A stretch of 64,000 bases of DNA from Ophelia neglecta (lineage: Eukaryota): NCBI GenBank assembly GCA_965285935.1, contig OZ260663.1:3348001-3412000 (forward strand), read 5' to 3'. This document shows positions 1 through 13,100 of the stretch, in pieces. The stretch's first letter is position 1. Each line of letters opens with the position of its first letter. The notes beneath the pieces were generated by a model. The model had not been told where the DNA came from. It saw only the letters and a program-made list of their open reading frames with translations, and did not search any database. The translations under genes were made by a program, and so were the position numbers.

Positions 1-1757
1 TACAGCGATAATAGAAATAATGAAGCGGCCAGCACCACCGAGAATAGTAGTAATGATTTGGAAGTTGTTTACATGACATATCATTTTTGTGATATATCAT
101 GAGATATTAAGTATCAGAATTCTGGCACAGAATTGACAATATGATACACTCACCTCAATTTTTTATTAATCTCATAATGTACTTGTATTGCCGTAAAATT
201 GACAAAACTTACAACAAGGAAAATAATGCACATGAGAAAAAGAGTAATATATATAGGCGATGCCTAGTTCGCGAGCGCAAGAGAATATCACCCCTTGTAT
301 ATGATAGGATATTCCCAAGGTATTCGAGGGGAACACACAATGGGTGTCAACATGCCATAAGCGAGATCTATATGATATATAATACCCGTTACATACAAAG
401 CACGAGATGGCAATAAATTTAACTTAGTATACAGTATCAATTTAACGATAGGAGGGGTGATGAAACACCCGCTCAGGTTATCATTGCCTCGTCACTGGCA
501 CCAGTGACTGATCTACCTACAGCCCATGAACCCATAACCTGATAACATTTTACCTTTTTCTAATGTAGTAGTATAGGCATTGCTACATATCGTATTTTCT
601 AGCCAAAACCAGTGAATCAATGACCAGCACGCAGGAGCTTGACTTGCTGGTAATTGGTTCACTCCTGTATATATATAGATGTAAATTCTATATTTACAGG
701 CCAAGGTCCTGCTGTACTCAGGTGTCCTGGCTAATGACTCATTTGGACATGTACAGAAATATTGTGTGCATCATGGTTTACGAATGGAAAGTAAAATATT
801 AATAACATATTGATTAGCTTTATTGCCTTGATTATTGGTGCCTGCCCTCCATGGATTACCAAATCAATTTGTGAATTCAAAGTGGCAACTGGGACTTGCA
901 AGTTATACTGTACATAAAGTCCTTAGATTCCAGAGCCCTAAATATATTTGTAGTTCAGACACTCAACTTATTCATCACAAGCTTTGGATTTTGTGAGGCC
1001 TATAATTTTACAGTCTGTATATAAAATAAGAGAGAAAAAGGACTTAAAAGATGTCTTGAGATGGCCTACCCCATGTTAGTTCTCACAGAACTATACACAT
1101 GGGTAGATCATGGTCCTACTTTCAAAGAACTCCCGATACTACTTTAGCAGTCAGGATTGACATACATGAATTATCCCAGTTAGTTTTAAGAGTTAGAATG
1201 TTCATTCATTTAAGTTAAAGTAAATAGCCAATGGCGGCATCAATTTTTGTAAACTTGTTCTCTTTTTGTTTGTAAAAACGAGAAAAAATGTGGCGAATTT
1301 TTAATCATATCGAAAGTTAATAATATGCGACTTTGTTGAAGTTGGTATCAGCGGCCAACCAAAAAATTTGGAATTGTGGCTAGAGCGACCTTGACCCCGT
1401 GTGACGTCACAAACAGGACTCTCATAAGTCAGGGCGGCATTTAACACTGATTCAGACATGGGTAGACATGGGTTGGCCTAGTTTTGGAGTTTCTCGAAAG
1501 GAACAGTTCGTATCGCCTATCATTGTTCTATAAGTTGTCGATTTTTATTTGTTAGATGGTAGGCATAAGTCGATTTTAAACATAAATAACTTGTTGTTGT
1601 GGTTTTTTATTCAAGTACTAATCGGGCCATAGACCCATGGTACATATACATATATACAATATGTTTAAATATTCATGTAGTATAGTCTATACAAAGCTGT
1701 TTTAGTATACATGTTATATGGTCCGTACAAGACTGACATATTATAACCACCCAATTG

Positions 1758-3756
1758 TTCCATAAATTTACAATTAAGATGTTACACCTCATGAAATAGA
1801 CATGTAGCTATTATCATTGTACAATATGAAGGCATTGTGAATAAAATTTGCTACATCTTTGAGCTCACAGTAAGAATTTGAGGACATTAATGAGAAAAAT
1901 GTCTGCAAAGTTGGATGCTCATAGAAGTATTTCTTAATATAAGTTGTCCTAAGCTTTGTAAATAATGGACATACTAACAGAAAATGGTACTCGTCTTCGA
2001 TTATAATCGTGTCAAATATATGCTGACAATATGGACAGATTCTCTCTTCTCTATCCATCAAACCTCAATATTTTTCTATGGCTAACTTGTGAGCTGAACA
2101 TCGAAATCTAGCTAGAGAGCATTTATGTTTAAAAGATATATTAGGACAAGACAAATATTTCACAGGTTCGAGCTGCGATTTATACCCTGAATACATATCT
2201 AATTTACTATATGATAACAAATAACTGTGCCAATCTTGATCAGCAATATCAGACACTCTTTGTCGAAATTCAAGGATATCGCCAACACTTTGCTGAAGCC
2301 ATACATGACCAAAACCATAGGAAAATAAAGTCCTGCGTACACTGCCTGCCCAAGTTTGTCTCCCATTATTATCAAGATTCTTCAACATATTATAACAAGC
2401 CTTAGGTAATCTGTCATTGCCCATTTCTAATATATTAAGCCAGTATTTTACAAATTTAAGGACGCAGTGAATATATAGTGGTTGTCGTCCGCACTAACCC
2501 AATACAGCTGCTGTTGGTGTCTGTGAGGGGACGTTTAGAACGAATTTACAATATTTTCTTTGGATAGCCTCAATCTGCTCCCCTACATCACAGCCCCAAA
2601 CTTCTGCACAATATGAGAGTATTGGTAGGACCAATTTATCAAATAAATCAAAATAAAGATTGAATGATAGTCTACCACATTTTTTATGAAGATGTTGTAT
2701 TGCTCGCATAGCTTTCTTGGCCTGTGCAGCCAGAGTATTAAAACAAGGTGTCCATAAATTTCCATAAATTTACAATTAAGATGTTACACCTCATGAAATA
2801 GACATGTAGCTATTATCATTGTACAATATGAAGGCATTGTGAATAAAATTTGCTACATCTTTGAGCTCACAGTAAGAATTTGAGGACATTAATGAGAAAA
2901 ATGTCTGCAAAGTTGGATGCTCATAGAAGTATTTCTTAATATAATTTGTCCTAAGCTTTGTAAATAATGGACATACTAACAGAAAATGGTACTCGTCTTC
3001 GATTATAATCGTGTCAAATATATGCTGACAATATGGACAGATTCTCTCTTCTCTATCCATCAAACCTCAATATTTTTCTATGGCTAACTTGTGAGCTGAA
3101 CATCGAAATCTAGCTAGAGAGCATTTATGTTTAAAAGATATATTAGGACAAGACAAATATTTCACAGGTTCGAGCTGCGATTTATACCCTGAATACATAT
3201 CTAATTTACTATATGATAACAAATAACTGTGCCAATCTTGATCAGAAATATCAGACACTCTTTGTCGAAATTCAAGGATATCGCCAACACTTTGCTGAAG
3301 CCATACATGACCAAAACCATAGGAAAATAAAGTCCTGCGTACACTGCCTGCCCAAGTTTGTCTCCCATTATTATCAAGATTCTTCAACATATTATAACAA
3401 GCCTTAGGTAATCTGTCATTGCCCATTTCTAATATATTAAGCCAGTATTTTACAAATTTAAGGACGCAGTGAATATATAGTGGTTGTCGTCCGCACTAAC
3501 CCAATACAGCTGCTGTTGGTGTCTGTGAGGGGACGTTTAGAACGAATTTACAATATTTTCTTTGGATAGCCTCAATCTGCTCCCCTACATCACAGCCCCA
3601 AACTTCTGCACAATATGAGAGTATTGGTAGGACCAATTTATCAAATAAATCAAAATAAAGATTGAATGATAGTCTACCACATTTTTTATGAAGATGTTGT
3701 ATTGCTCGCATAGCTTTCTTGGCCTGTGCAGCCAGAGTATTAAAACAAGGTGTCCA
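1758..3756. repeat. Tandem duplication of ~997 bp (period 1002) at the LINE 3' end
   Basis: 1758-2754 matches 2760-3756 with only two visible substitutions. The junction carries a doubled TCCATAAATT (2751-2770). Confidence 0.95.
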
Positions 3757-6235
3757 GCATAATCTGGATGAAAACAATATGCCCAAATACTTATAATATG
3801 ACACTACTTCAACAGGTTTTCCATTATAAAACCACTTTTCATTTTTACGTAACTGTCCTCCATTGCGGAAAACCATAACTTTTGTTTTCAACAGGTTTAC
3901 TTGCATACCATACATTTTGCAAAAATTACTAAGTATGTTTAATTCTTTCTGCAATCGGCCTACCATGTCATTGACCATAGAAATGTCATCAGCATACGTC
4001 AATAGAAGTACTGAGGGGAAATCTTTGGTAACAAATATTCCATCACAATTATTTAAATACAATAGTTCAATGAGTTCATTTAAGTATAGTATAAATAAAA
4101 GAGGGCTTATCATACAGCCTTGTCTAGTCCCTGATATACAATTAACTAATTCACTCAATCCATGGGGCGTTTTTACACAGGATTGTAATTTTGAATACAT
4201 GGATCTAAGTACAGACAAAACCTTTCCATGGATACCTTCTTTTATCATACCAAAGCTGCACATAAGGGACTGAGTCGAACGCCTTACTAAAATCAATGTA
4301 GGCACAATAGAACCGCCCTCCTTTTTTGCTTAAATACTTTTGAGCCATGGAATATAACGAAAAAATATGATCAGTTGTCGATCGACCCTTCCTATATGCA
4401 GACTGATATTCACTATATTTATCATATTCATCAGCCCAATTTGACAACCTATTGTTGATAATTTTCATAAAAATCTTACCAACCGTGCATAAAAGAGAAA
4501 TGCCACGATAATTACCAACCTCTGCCGTTGACCCTGATTTAAACAAGGGGGATATTATAGCCTCACACCAGGAATCGGGATAGACACCATTATCCATAAT
4601 AGCATTAAACAGAACATACAAGTGTGGCACAAGGATACCTGTAGATGATTTAAACATTTCATATATTATGCCATCAGGACCTGCTGCTTTACCATTTGGC
4701 AAGTTTGTAATTACTGAATATATTTCTTCGGTTGAAATCTCACAATTTAAGATTTCAGGATCAATAACGTTGCGCTTATCACCTTGTAGGTCATAAGAGT
4801 CAATTAAATCTGTAGTTTGAACCAGAACTGTCTGACTGAACATTTAGTAGTCTTTGGAAATAATTATACCATTCTCCAATTGAAATATCCTTATTTATAC
4901 CAGCATTATTTGAATTAATATCCTTAAGTTCTTTCCAGACACAATTGTTTGTTTTTACAGCCTGGAGTATGGTATGGTGGTTTGACTGCTTAAATAACAA
5001 TTTCTTAGAACGACAAATATCCTTTAAGTGTTTCTTAGCAGTCAGATAAAAATCAAGACGAGCATTGCTATTAACTCTGCGCCATGCATTAAGAGCCTTG
5101 TTTACCTGCTGTTTTGCTACCTGACAGTCCTGATCCCACCAGCCCTGATTCCTGTCTGTGACATGTACTTGTATGTTATGTTTTCGATGGTGACTTTCCT
5201 TGACTTCGCCTGCTTGTTGTATAGCTTGGATCAGTATGGAGGCTGCTATATTAATGTTGCCGTTTTTTGCATGCTCATCAGACTGCATTAAAGAGTAAGT
5301 TAATTTTGGGTTTTGCAATGCTGTGATGAAGTTACTTGGCCCTGACTCTCCCCACTTAAAACGAATACAGCTGTCAGATGCATTATTCTCACTGTAATTG
5401 TTGTTTGTGTCATTTACTAGTGCTTTCATATTGCAGCTAACTGGAAAGTGGTCCGAATAAGGCATTTGCTTCACTTCTATATCACACACGTATGGGAAAA
5501 GTTCAGTCGACAGCAGTACATAATCAACTAAGCTCCTGCCCTGCGATGCACAAAATGTAAACTCTCCATGCATGTCGCCAGGGAATCGACCATTTCCAAT
5601 GTGTAATCCAAGAGTTTTACACATGTTAATAAGAGCTAGTCCAAATTTATTCACATCTTCATCTTTTGAGGACCGTGTCATTTTAAATGGATCAACATCA
5701 TAATTCTCGATAGCAGCTGGTATTGGCGGAGCAGAGTCGCAATGAATATAGTCTGGTAATACCCCAGTTCTAGCATTGAAGTCTCCAAATATAACAATAT
5801 AGTTTTCACCTACGAAGTTATTGATTTCTGCTTCCAGAGTCACTATACCATCAGATTCTAGTGACTGTTCATAAAAAGTAGAGTTTGAGTCCGGTATATA
5901 ACAGCATACAAAGACAACATCTTTATCTGTTTTGAATAATTCTCGTTTGCATTTCACAAAAATTGCATAACTGGTTTTATTTGACAATGTTACTCTTGAT
6001 AAGTAAAGCTATACCGCCTGGTGTTCTGCCACGTCTACGTCGTTTATTTCCGTGTGCAGAATAGATGTTATATTCTCTTCCAAACAAGTCAACTGTCCTG
6101 TCATCGTTTTAAGACCAGGTTTCATTTAGACCAACTATGTCATAATCCCTAATAAATTCCTGACAATCTTTGTTATCAACACTAGCAAGTCCATGAATGT
6201 TCCAAGATAATAATTTGAGAGAATCACATATTAGT
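2791..6235 (-). pseudogene. LINE ORF2 (AP endonuclease, reverse transcriptase, C-terminal CCHC), frameshifted
   Basis: SWNIHGL and GLNETW near 6120-6210; GDFNAR, VDY, SDHFPV; KAAGPDGI, YRGISLL, DFSKAFDSV, GTRQGCMISP, YADD, YKYLG; CPYC...EDEYHFLLVC. Confidence 0.9.
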
Positions 6236-6249
6236 AGATTTACTGACTT

Positions 6250-7076
6250 AGAGGGTCTATGGCTAAATTTCTAGGATTCTCGTGTATTGCCTTGTTCAGT
6301 TTTACGGTTGAGTGTGTGACAGGGGACCAGATTATCATTGGCATCTAGGGTGTGGGGTATATCATCAATCAGTAGCTTGTCGTAGCGCTTCACCCACCTT
6401 GCATCGAGGTCGTTCTCCTTGGTCCCTTTTAGAGAAATCGATGGCTCTGGATAGAATGGCAGATTTATCCTTCCATCTAAGAAATTTTGCTACTATTGGC
6501 CGAGGTTCAGCTCTACCTGGGAATTTGTTCCTACGCGATGAGCTCTCTTAATTTCCCAAACATACTGGTCTTTGGCATCAGGGAAATCAAATTGCTTTTC
6601 TATTACATCTCTTAAGACACATTCAGACTGGTCCCAGGACTCATGACCTTCTTCAGGTATGTTGTAGAACATGAGATTATTTCGGCGGGATTGTTCCTCT
6701 AGGTAGTCGACTTTGTTTATAACGTTTTTCATGTTTGTGTTAATGATTTCAATTGCTGCCTCGCAATTGGATACCTTACTGTCCGATACGGTTAAGCTGT
6801 TTTGGATTCTGGTAAGTATATTGCCCATTTCTTTTTGGCTTTCCTTTACTTTTCTAAATTCATTTCTGAGAGACGTGAGAATGTCTACAAGACCTGTGAA
6901 TCTCATATTGTCAGAGTTTGGGGATCCGTATGTATCTGGTGACTGCGATATCGATGCAAAGTCAGCGAGGCATGGTGACGTGGGCGATCAAGTAGGTTTC
7001 TTCTGTGCCGGCGTCACCACACTGCTGTTCGAACTGTCGGAACTCCTTAGGCGCTTTTTTTTCCCACCACTTTCCA
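6250..7076 (-). pseudogene. LINE ORF1 (coiled coil plus Transposase_22/RRM-like), disrupted
   Basis: LEEQSRRNNLMFYNIPEE and IKRAHRVG motifs in ORF 6493-6906; upstream stop and downstream frameshift. Confidence 0.8.
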
Positions 7077-7561
7077 TATATCCGTCAGCACGACATTCTT
7101 ACGACAATTAACAGCTATATTGCCTGAATATATAATGAAAAAACCTCCAAAACAGATGTCCGCAAAATTTAATGTGCCTACCACGTGACCACGGCCTCTA
7201 CTCCGTAAATAACTTGTCACATTTGTAATTATTTCAATTTAGGTATCCGCATTGGCTATTTATTTTAAGCAGGGAAGAACTATATTGGGCATTGTTCAGC
7301 CAATGAGAGAATAATAGGTTAAAGACTATGATGCACACAACAATCAATCACCTTGTGGCTATGTTACAAGTTAGCTAGCATGCCGCAGAGGATAACATAG
7401 AGCCAAAGGGTACATAACATTCTGGTTTGGGAGCACATACACTCCATCCACTACCCACACATATCAAAATATTCGGCAAATAACTTCAAGTCATAAGTTA
7501 CCTGGTGTAGGCCTTATAAACATCTTCCATGGTTCATGTTCTGAAAATATAAACATTGACC

Positions 7562-7787
7562 GGCTATTGATTAAACGCGGAGGTGCGGAGGCTATGCGGA
7601 GGCGGAGGTCATGAGTATTTCTGAGTGGCATGAAGCAAATTATCGTCAGCAAGGAAACGGTTAGGACGGAGGGTTAATTTTAGGGTCAGGGGAAGGGTTA
7701 GACATAGGTTTGATAGGTCTAGTGCTCTGTTCTAATTTCGGGATTTACCTCCGCAAGGCTCTGCGCCTCCGCTTTTAATCAAAAGCC
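7562..7787. mobile_element. MITE with GGC...GCC termini, 8-bp TSD and internal telomere-like motifs
   Basis: TSD CATTGACC at 7554-7561 and 7788-7795; imperfect TIR GGCTATTGATTAAACGCGGAGG; internal GGTTAGG/AGGGTTA. Confidence 0.85.
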
Positions 7788-8633
7788 CATTGACCATTGT
7801 AGTTACCAATGACATTTGATGAATTTTAGGTTCAAACATATTCTGCTTCATAATAATACATATATATTATGCTGTTCTCTCCTGTTTCTACATTTACCGG
7901 GTAATCACCATAATCTCATCTGTTCTAAAAATCAATCTATATGTTTGTTTGAACAGTTGCCTACATACAATTGTACCTTCAAACAGAAGGATAGTTTAAT
8001 GTGTGGTCTAGATGAGCAAGTAAAAATCATTTCAACTGAATACATGAAATGCTTTATTTACTCACCTGTGCTACTTGTCAGTTCAATATTTTTATTTGGT
8101 CATATTCCAAACCTCAATGGGTAATGGGAAGTTAATATTATCAGTAATCTACACCAATGAATTGTCTAATGGGGTACTAGGGTATAAATCGTATATATAG
8201 AAGGACTTGGACAAGTTTGTTATTTTTTTTCCATTTACTATGGGAGTCATTTTCTCTAGGAGCTTGAACCAGAACATAGAAAAATATAGACACATACTGA
8301 CATTTAAAATATACAATATATATTCACAAAATACATCATGTACATTGAACACATAAATACATGTATTTATACAATCCCACTAGATTTGTATGTCAATGTG
8401 CATATACGATTACCCATCACCATGGAATGTTAATTGTTAGGTTTGACAAACTTATTTTAGACTTCACACAAATAAAATGGTTACAGTCCGAAACATTTGA
8501 TTCAAAATTGAATATGTTGCTATATACTACAAGGGTATGTCTCCAAAGATTTGTTCCATGGTTTGAGTGTAAGTTTCTTTTATTAATATCATTTGTCTCA
8601 GAAACTTCACTAATGGCAATCAGCTTTCCTTTA

Positions 8634-8969
8634 GGGCTTTCCCAGATATTTTCCAACCGGGTGTGTGTGTGTGTGTGTGTGGGAGGGGGGGGGGCAATGA
8701 CTTCTTTCTTGAAGATAGGGAGGGCTAAATGAAAAATCCTGGGAGATGGGGGTGTTTTTTTTATAATTGTCCAAGGGCTGGGATAATTTTGGATTTAAAG
8801 TGAGGTAGAGAGGGGGCTCTGGGGACAAAGCTTGTCCAGGAGGTGGGGATTCTCACAAAACATTGTGTCTGGGGTATGGTAGTTCTTGGGAAAAGATGTG
8901 TTCAGGAGAGGACGGTCCTGAAATAATTGCCTCCCACCCCTCCTGGTGGCACATTTTCTGGAACAACCC
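8634..8969. mobile_element. PIF/Harbinger-type MITE (degenerate)
   Basis: TTA TSD; GGGCTTTCCCAGA...TCTGGAACAACCC termini; related termini at ~26244-26780 and 27197. Contains (GT)n and a G-run. Confidence 0.6.
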
Positions 8970-9388
8970 TTATCAGGACAAATCGATTATACATGTAGCG
9001 GTAGTGAATTTTGAGCGAAGAAAAAAGAATATTATCACAATATTTATCCCATTGAGGAATCATTATCATGTATTTGGCCAACTGGTATAGTAATTATCCT
9101 ATGTTTGGGCAATTAAAACATTCTCTTTAGGTTAGCGACGCTCATGTCACCCACCCTAAAAGATGTTAAAATTAGCTAATAGATAATTTTGATGAAAAAG
9201 GCATTAACCATTAACACTGTTTGAGTAGGAACTTAGAGAGTCACTTTGACTTCAGAAGGCTATTCATAGTACAACATTCATAATAACTGACCTGTGCCAT
9301 ATATTGAACTCATTAGAAACATTTGTGCTATAAAAGAAAATGACATTGAAAGACAAGAGATAGTTTCAGCGGCATGGTAAACCCTGCA

Positions 9389-9453
9389 TTTAAGGAGAGA
9401 CCGCTCGATTAGCCTAGCGCTACTCGTTCAATCCAAATAAATATGTTTAAACC
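9389..9453 (+). mobile_element. 65-bp 5'-truncated retroposon tail insertion
   Basis: 10-bp TSD AAACCCTGCA at 9379-9388 and 9454-9463; ends AAATAAATATGTTTAAACC; absent from the paralogous copy near 63920. Confidence 0.7.
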
Positions 9454-10079
9454 AAACCCTGCAGAAGAGACAACTTGATATGCAGAAATAATACAAACAG
9501 AAATCAAGAAACAGTAGTAGGGAATGGATAGCATATCCTTGGATTATTGATATATCCTCGTCATAAATATTTTGCAGATAAAATGTCAACCTCTAATTAT
9601 ACAATGAAAAAAAGGAAATGATACAAGAAGGCAATTGAAGTTCAGGCAAGCACCCTACTCTCCGTTAATTTGTTTATTACTTAGAATAAACCCGGAGTAA
9701 TGAGGGTGATGGAAAGAAATCTTGTGAAGCGATGATACATGTACATATGGTAAAGGTTAGAGCTGACTTAAAGAGACCTCTACACTTTGAAACTATTTGT
9801 GCACAACTAATAGACAAACTAAGGGCATGAAGAGGCATGTTACATGGGACGTGTTGGCAATAAATATACAAGATATAGAAAAAGTATTCAATAATGCTAT
9901 TACATACCAGGCATATATGTATGAGCTAACAGTGGTACCGGAAGATTACTGAATATATATATTAATGTATATATATACAGTATATATATACATTGTGTAT
10001 ATGGCTGTGTTTAAATTATTATATGTACTTATTAATACTTTCAGTGGTGGGCCAAGCGCTTGAAGTCCCAGGAAGGAAT

Positions 10080-10820
10080 CTCCTCATCACTTGATGAGTC
10101 AAGCACATTCAAATCTTTGTTGATGGAATCCATCATGACACGAAACCACTTGTTAAGCAAGTACATGTCAGGATGGATTCCATCATAAAGATGAGTGTAC
10201 ACGTACTTAGTAATTTTTTTTTTGCTTATTTCTACAAGTACCTCTTTTCTTAGTTACCACTTTAAGAATATCTTTGTCCCAGCTTATGAATCTTAAACCT
10301 AATTCTCTATTGATTGCAATTATGTGATCATTGATAGTATGAATATCAGTTTCCAAAGCCATTTGTTGTTCATGCAGAACCTGTTCACTACAGATTTGTT
10401 GGAGGTCAATTATATATTTTACTGTATTGAACGACTGACATTTTGACAAGGAGGCTGGAGGAATGGTGACAATTTTTAGAGAATAACATTTTTTAGCCAG
10501 GTATGTTTCAGATAATTTAATTGAGAAAGAATATGATGGCATTTTCCAGTGGAATCATACATTATTGAGTAACCTTTCTGAAATTTCACCTTTGTTGTCA
10601 AATTGCAAATCCCAGCAGCAACAATTATATGTATTTTGGAATTTGCACCTACTGGTAACATGGAAATGGTTTGAGCTATGGATTTATGAAGTGTTTCAAT
10701 TGTAGCACCAGGTTTTATCATGGGAATGACATTCCAGCTGGCTGGTACTGGGTTCTCCTCCAGATACTTCTGAAGCCCCCTTCCCCGAGAATCTGCCCCA
10801 ATGATAACGTGATTCATTCT
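10080..10820 (-). pseudogene. SGNH/GDSL hydrolase-like gene, frameshifted
   Basis: Block I VIIGADSRGRG, block II PGAT, block III AAGICNL, then IVTIPP, and block V LYDGIHP near 10170-10190. Confidence 0.75.
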
Positions 10821-11557
10821 GAAAGACAATAAATCTAATATTGAAAAGCCTTGTGGTATGCAGAAAGGTTTTCCAGTAACATTGACCCTGGTCTCCACGT
10901 AGAAATAGCAAGTAGGGCTGCAGGCTGGGTATTTTTGTGATTCAAAATTTGTGTTTTTGTGTAATTAGACTGTAGTAATGGGATAGCCTGTAGCAGTCAT
11001 TGGCTCATGTTAGGTAGAGTTTGTACATGTATGTTTGAAATGAAATTTGCTCATCTATTTACTGTGAGATTATATCCCCATTGTGGTCCAACTCAGAAGT
11101 TCACCCTTTTTCATAATGAAATGATTTTAACTTGGAGTTAGCCAACCACCCAACCCCTTTTTTAAATGTGGGTGAAACAATCTAGTGGCACAACCAATAT
11201 GTATTTACTTTTTTCCACAAATCAAAGTGGACCTCAAACTACCAAACACTGCTTCCAAACAATTTAACTTAGAAAAATACTGTGACTTTTTGAGATGGCC
11301 CTTAAATGAAATGATGCTTAACCAAAGTCCAGATTTATAAATTACTTCTTCTGACTCAATAGTCAGCATAAATGTTAGCGACGCACATGTCACCCACCAA
11401 TGTTGCAGCTATATTGCAGAGAAAGTATTTATATAAGTAAAGATGGCTTTGGTTAAAAGATTGCTTCCAACTGGCAAACATGCTTATTTTTTGTAAATGT
11501 AAGATTGCATGATGTGAGGGGCTTCACTAAATGAATTGATTATATATGATTTTCATA

Positions 11558-13100
11558 TCATTCTTCATAATTTAATGGCTTGTCTGGTTTTATAGTGCGA
11601 AGTATTGACATAAAGGAATTTTCAGTTTTCAGATGGCTTTTTTCAAGCTTAGTTTCCTGGGACAATTTGTTTAGTCTAGCTATTTCTGTTGACCTGGCTG
11701 TAGTCAACGGGGTGTTGACATTGTGACAGAGTCGATCCTCATTTATTAAAACACTGGCATGAAAGGCAAAATCTGGGTCTGAAACAGAATCCCCTGGTGT
11801 TTTAGCCCTGGATAAAGCAACATAAAGTGCCCCTGGGTTACGGGATTCAAAACTTCTCGTCCCTGGATTTATAACTATATATTTACTCATTTCCCCCTCC
11901 CCAATTGTCATTCCTTGGCACCTGGAATGGTTGTTCTTTTGCAACATCCACAGTCAAGTCTTCTTTCAACTGGTACAGCAGGGACATATGTGGGAAAATG
12001 ATCTATGAATACACGGCCAGAGTATTTTGGAAATTTACAATAACAACATCTGGAATACAGTCTCTTGGGGATAGACCGGAAGGATAAATTATGTCTATTA
12101 TTTCACCAACAGCTCCATTAAATAGACCAAACTTGACTTCTAAATTTACTGTCAGAATTACCCTTGCTCCCCTACAGAGATAAAATGTTCGAGCAAGGCC
12201 CCCCACATTTCTCACTTGAAGCAGAGTTAGCATGTGGCCCATACATTAGTGCATTAATTTTTGCAATTGGAGAGAAAGCATTCACCTCCAATAAATTCAT
12301 TTTATTGTGTTTCCACTCATCTTCATGATTAGGAAATACAAACAAACCATATTTATGCATCCTATTTAATAAGTCAGGTCCATGACTGTGTTTCAGGTTG
12401 TCCCATTGAAATCGTTGAAGCCAGTGAGCTTGATGAGGAGTAATACTATAATTTCTAAGAGCATTTAGGATATTTTTAAATAGCAGTTGATGATTATTTT
12501 GGCGCACAATTTTTTCAAGTTATATCACGGTTTTAAATGATTGCCATACCATGGCTCCATGTATAGCAGCAGTAACTGTTATTTTTACAAAAATACACTG
12601 GTGAATCACATACAGGTGGAAGTTAAATGTCATCTCCCATGAATATTACTACCGGGATCCCACCCCACTCAGTCAAACTATTATTTTTACCCCACCTAGC
12701 ATGAAACTCCATCCAACCTAAAGTTTTGCAACCAACCAAAGACCTTTCATCAACTATTAAACAAAGGAGGTCCCTGCAGTTATTTTGTAGGGCTCCCCAA
12801 TATTGCCATTTGGGGGAGACATACCTTTATTTGCCTTAGAGCCAGTAGGTATCTTTAAAAATCGATGCAGAGTCAAGCCAGATATAAGGTTTGCACTATT
12901 GCCAGTTGGACAAACAACCTGTACAGATTTATTTACGTTGAAATATTGTCGGATGGCATAAACTAACCATTTGATTAAGTAAGATTAACCAGAACCAGCA
13001 GCACCTGCAACTATGACTCTAATTGGGCTATGAGAAGAGGGATCTGTGTGATATGTAATTAAATTTTCCATTATCAAGTTGAAGGCAAATTTTTGATCAG
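11558..13100 (-). pseudogene. PIF1-family (SF1B) helicase domain of RepHel
   Basis: VIVAGAAGSG*SY (Walker A Lys mutated to a stop, ~12985-13020), IVDERSLVG, VRQ, GARVILTVN...GLFNGAVG, QGMT, LYVALSRA. Confidence 0.9.

Larger units (their letters stand above)
1595..7205 (-). mobile_element. Full-length decayed non-LTR retrotransposon (RTE-X-like, CR1/L2/RTE group)
   Basis: 12-bp TSD TAAATAACTTGT at 1583-1594 and 7206-7217. The minus-strand 3' end is AATAAAAAACCACAACAAC. ORF1 and APE-RT ORF2 remnants lie inside. Confidence 0.9.
1219..7264. mobile_element. Kolobok-type MITE (~420 bp without the LINE), split by the LINE insertion
   Basis: TTAA at 1215-1218 and 7265-7268 flanks TIRs AGTAAATAGCCAATG / CATTGGCTATTTATT (14/15 match). 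A TTAA TSD with RR...YY termini is Kolobok-like. Confidence 0.7.
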
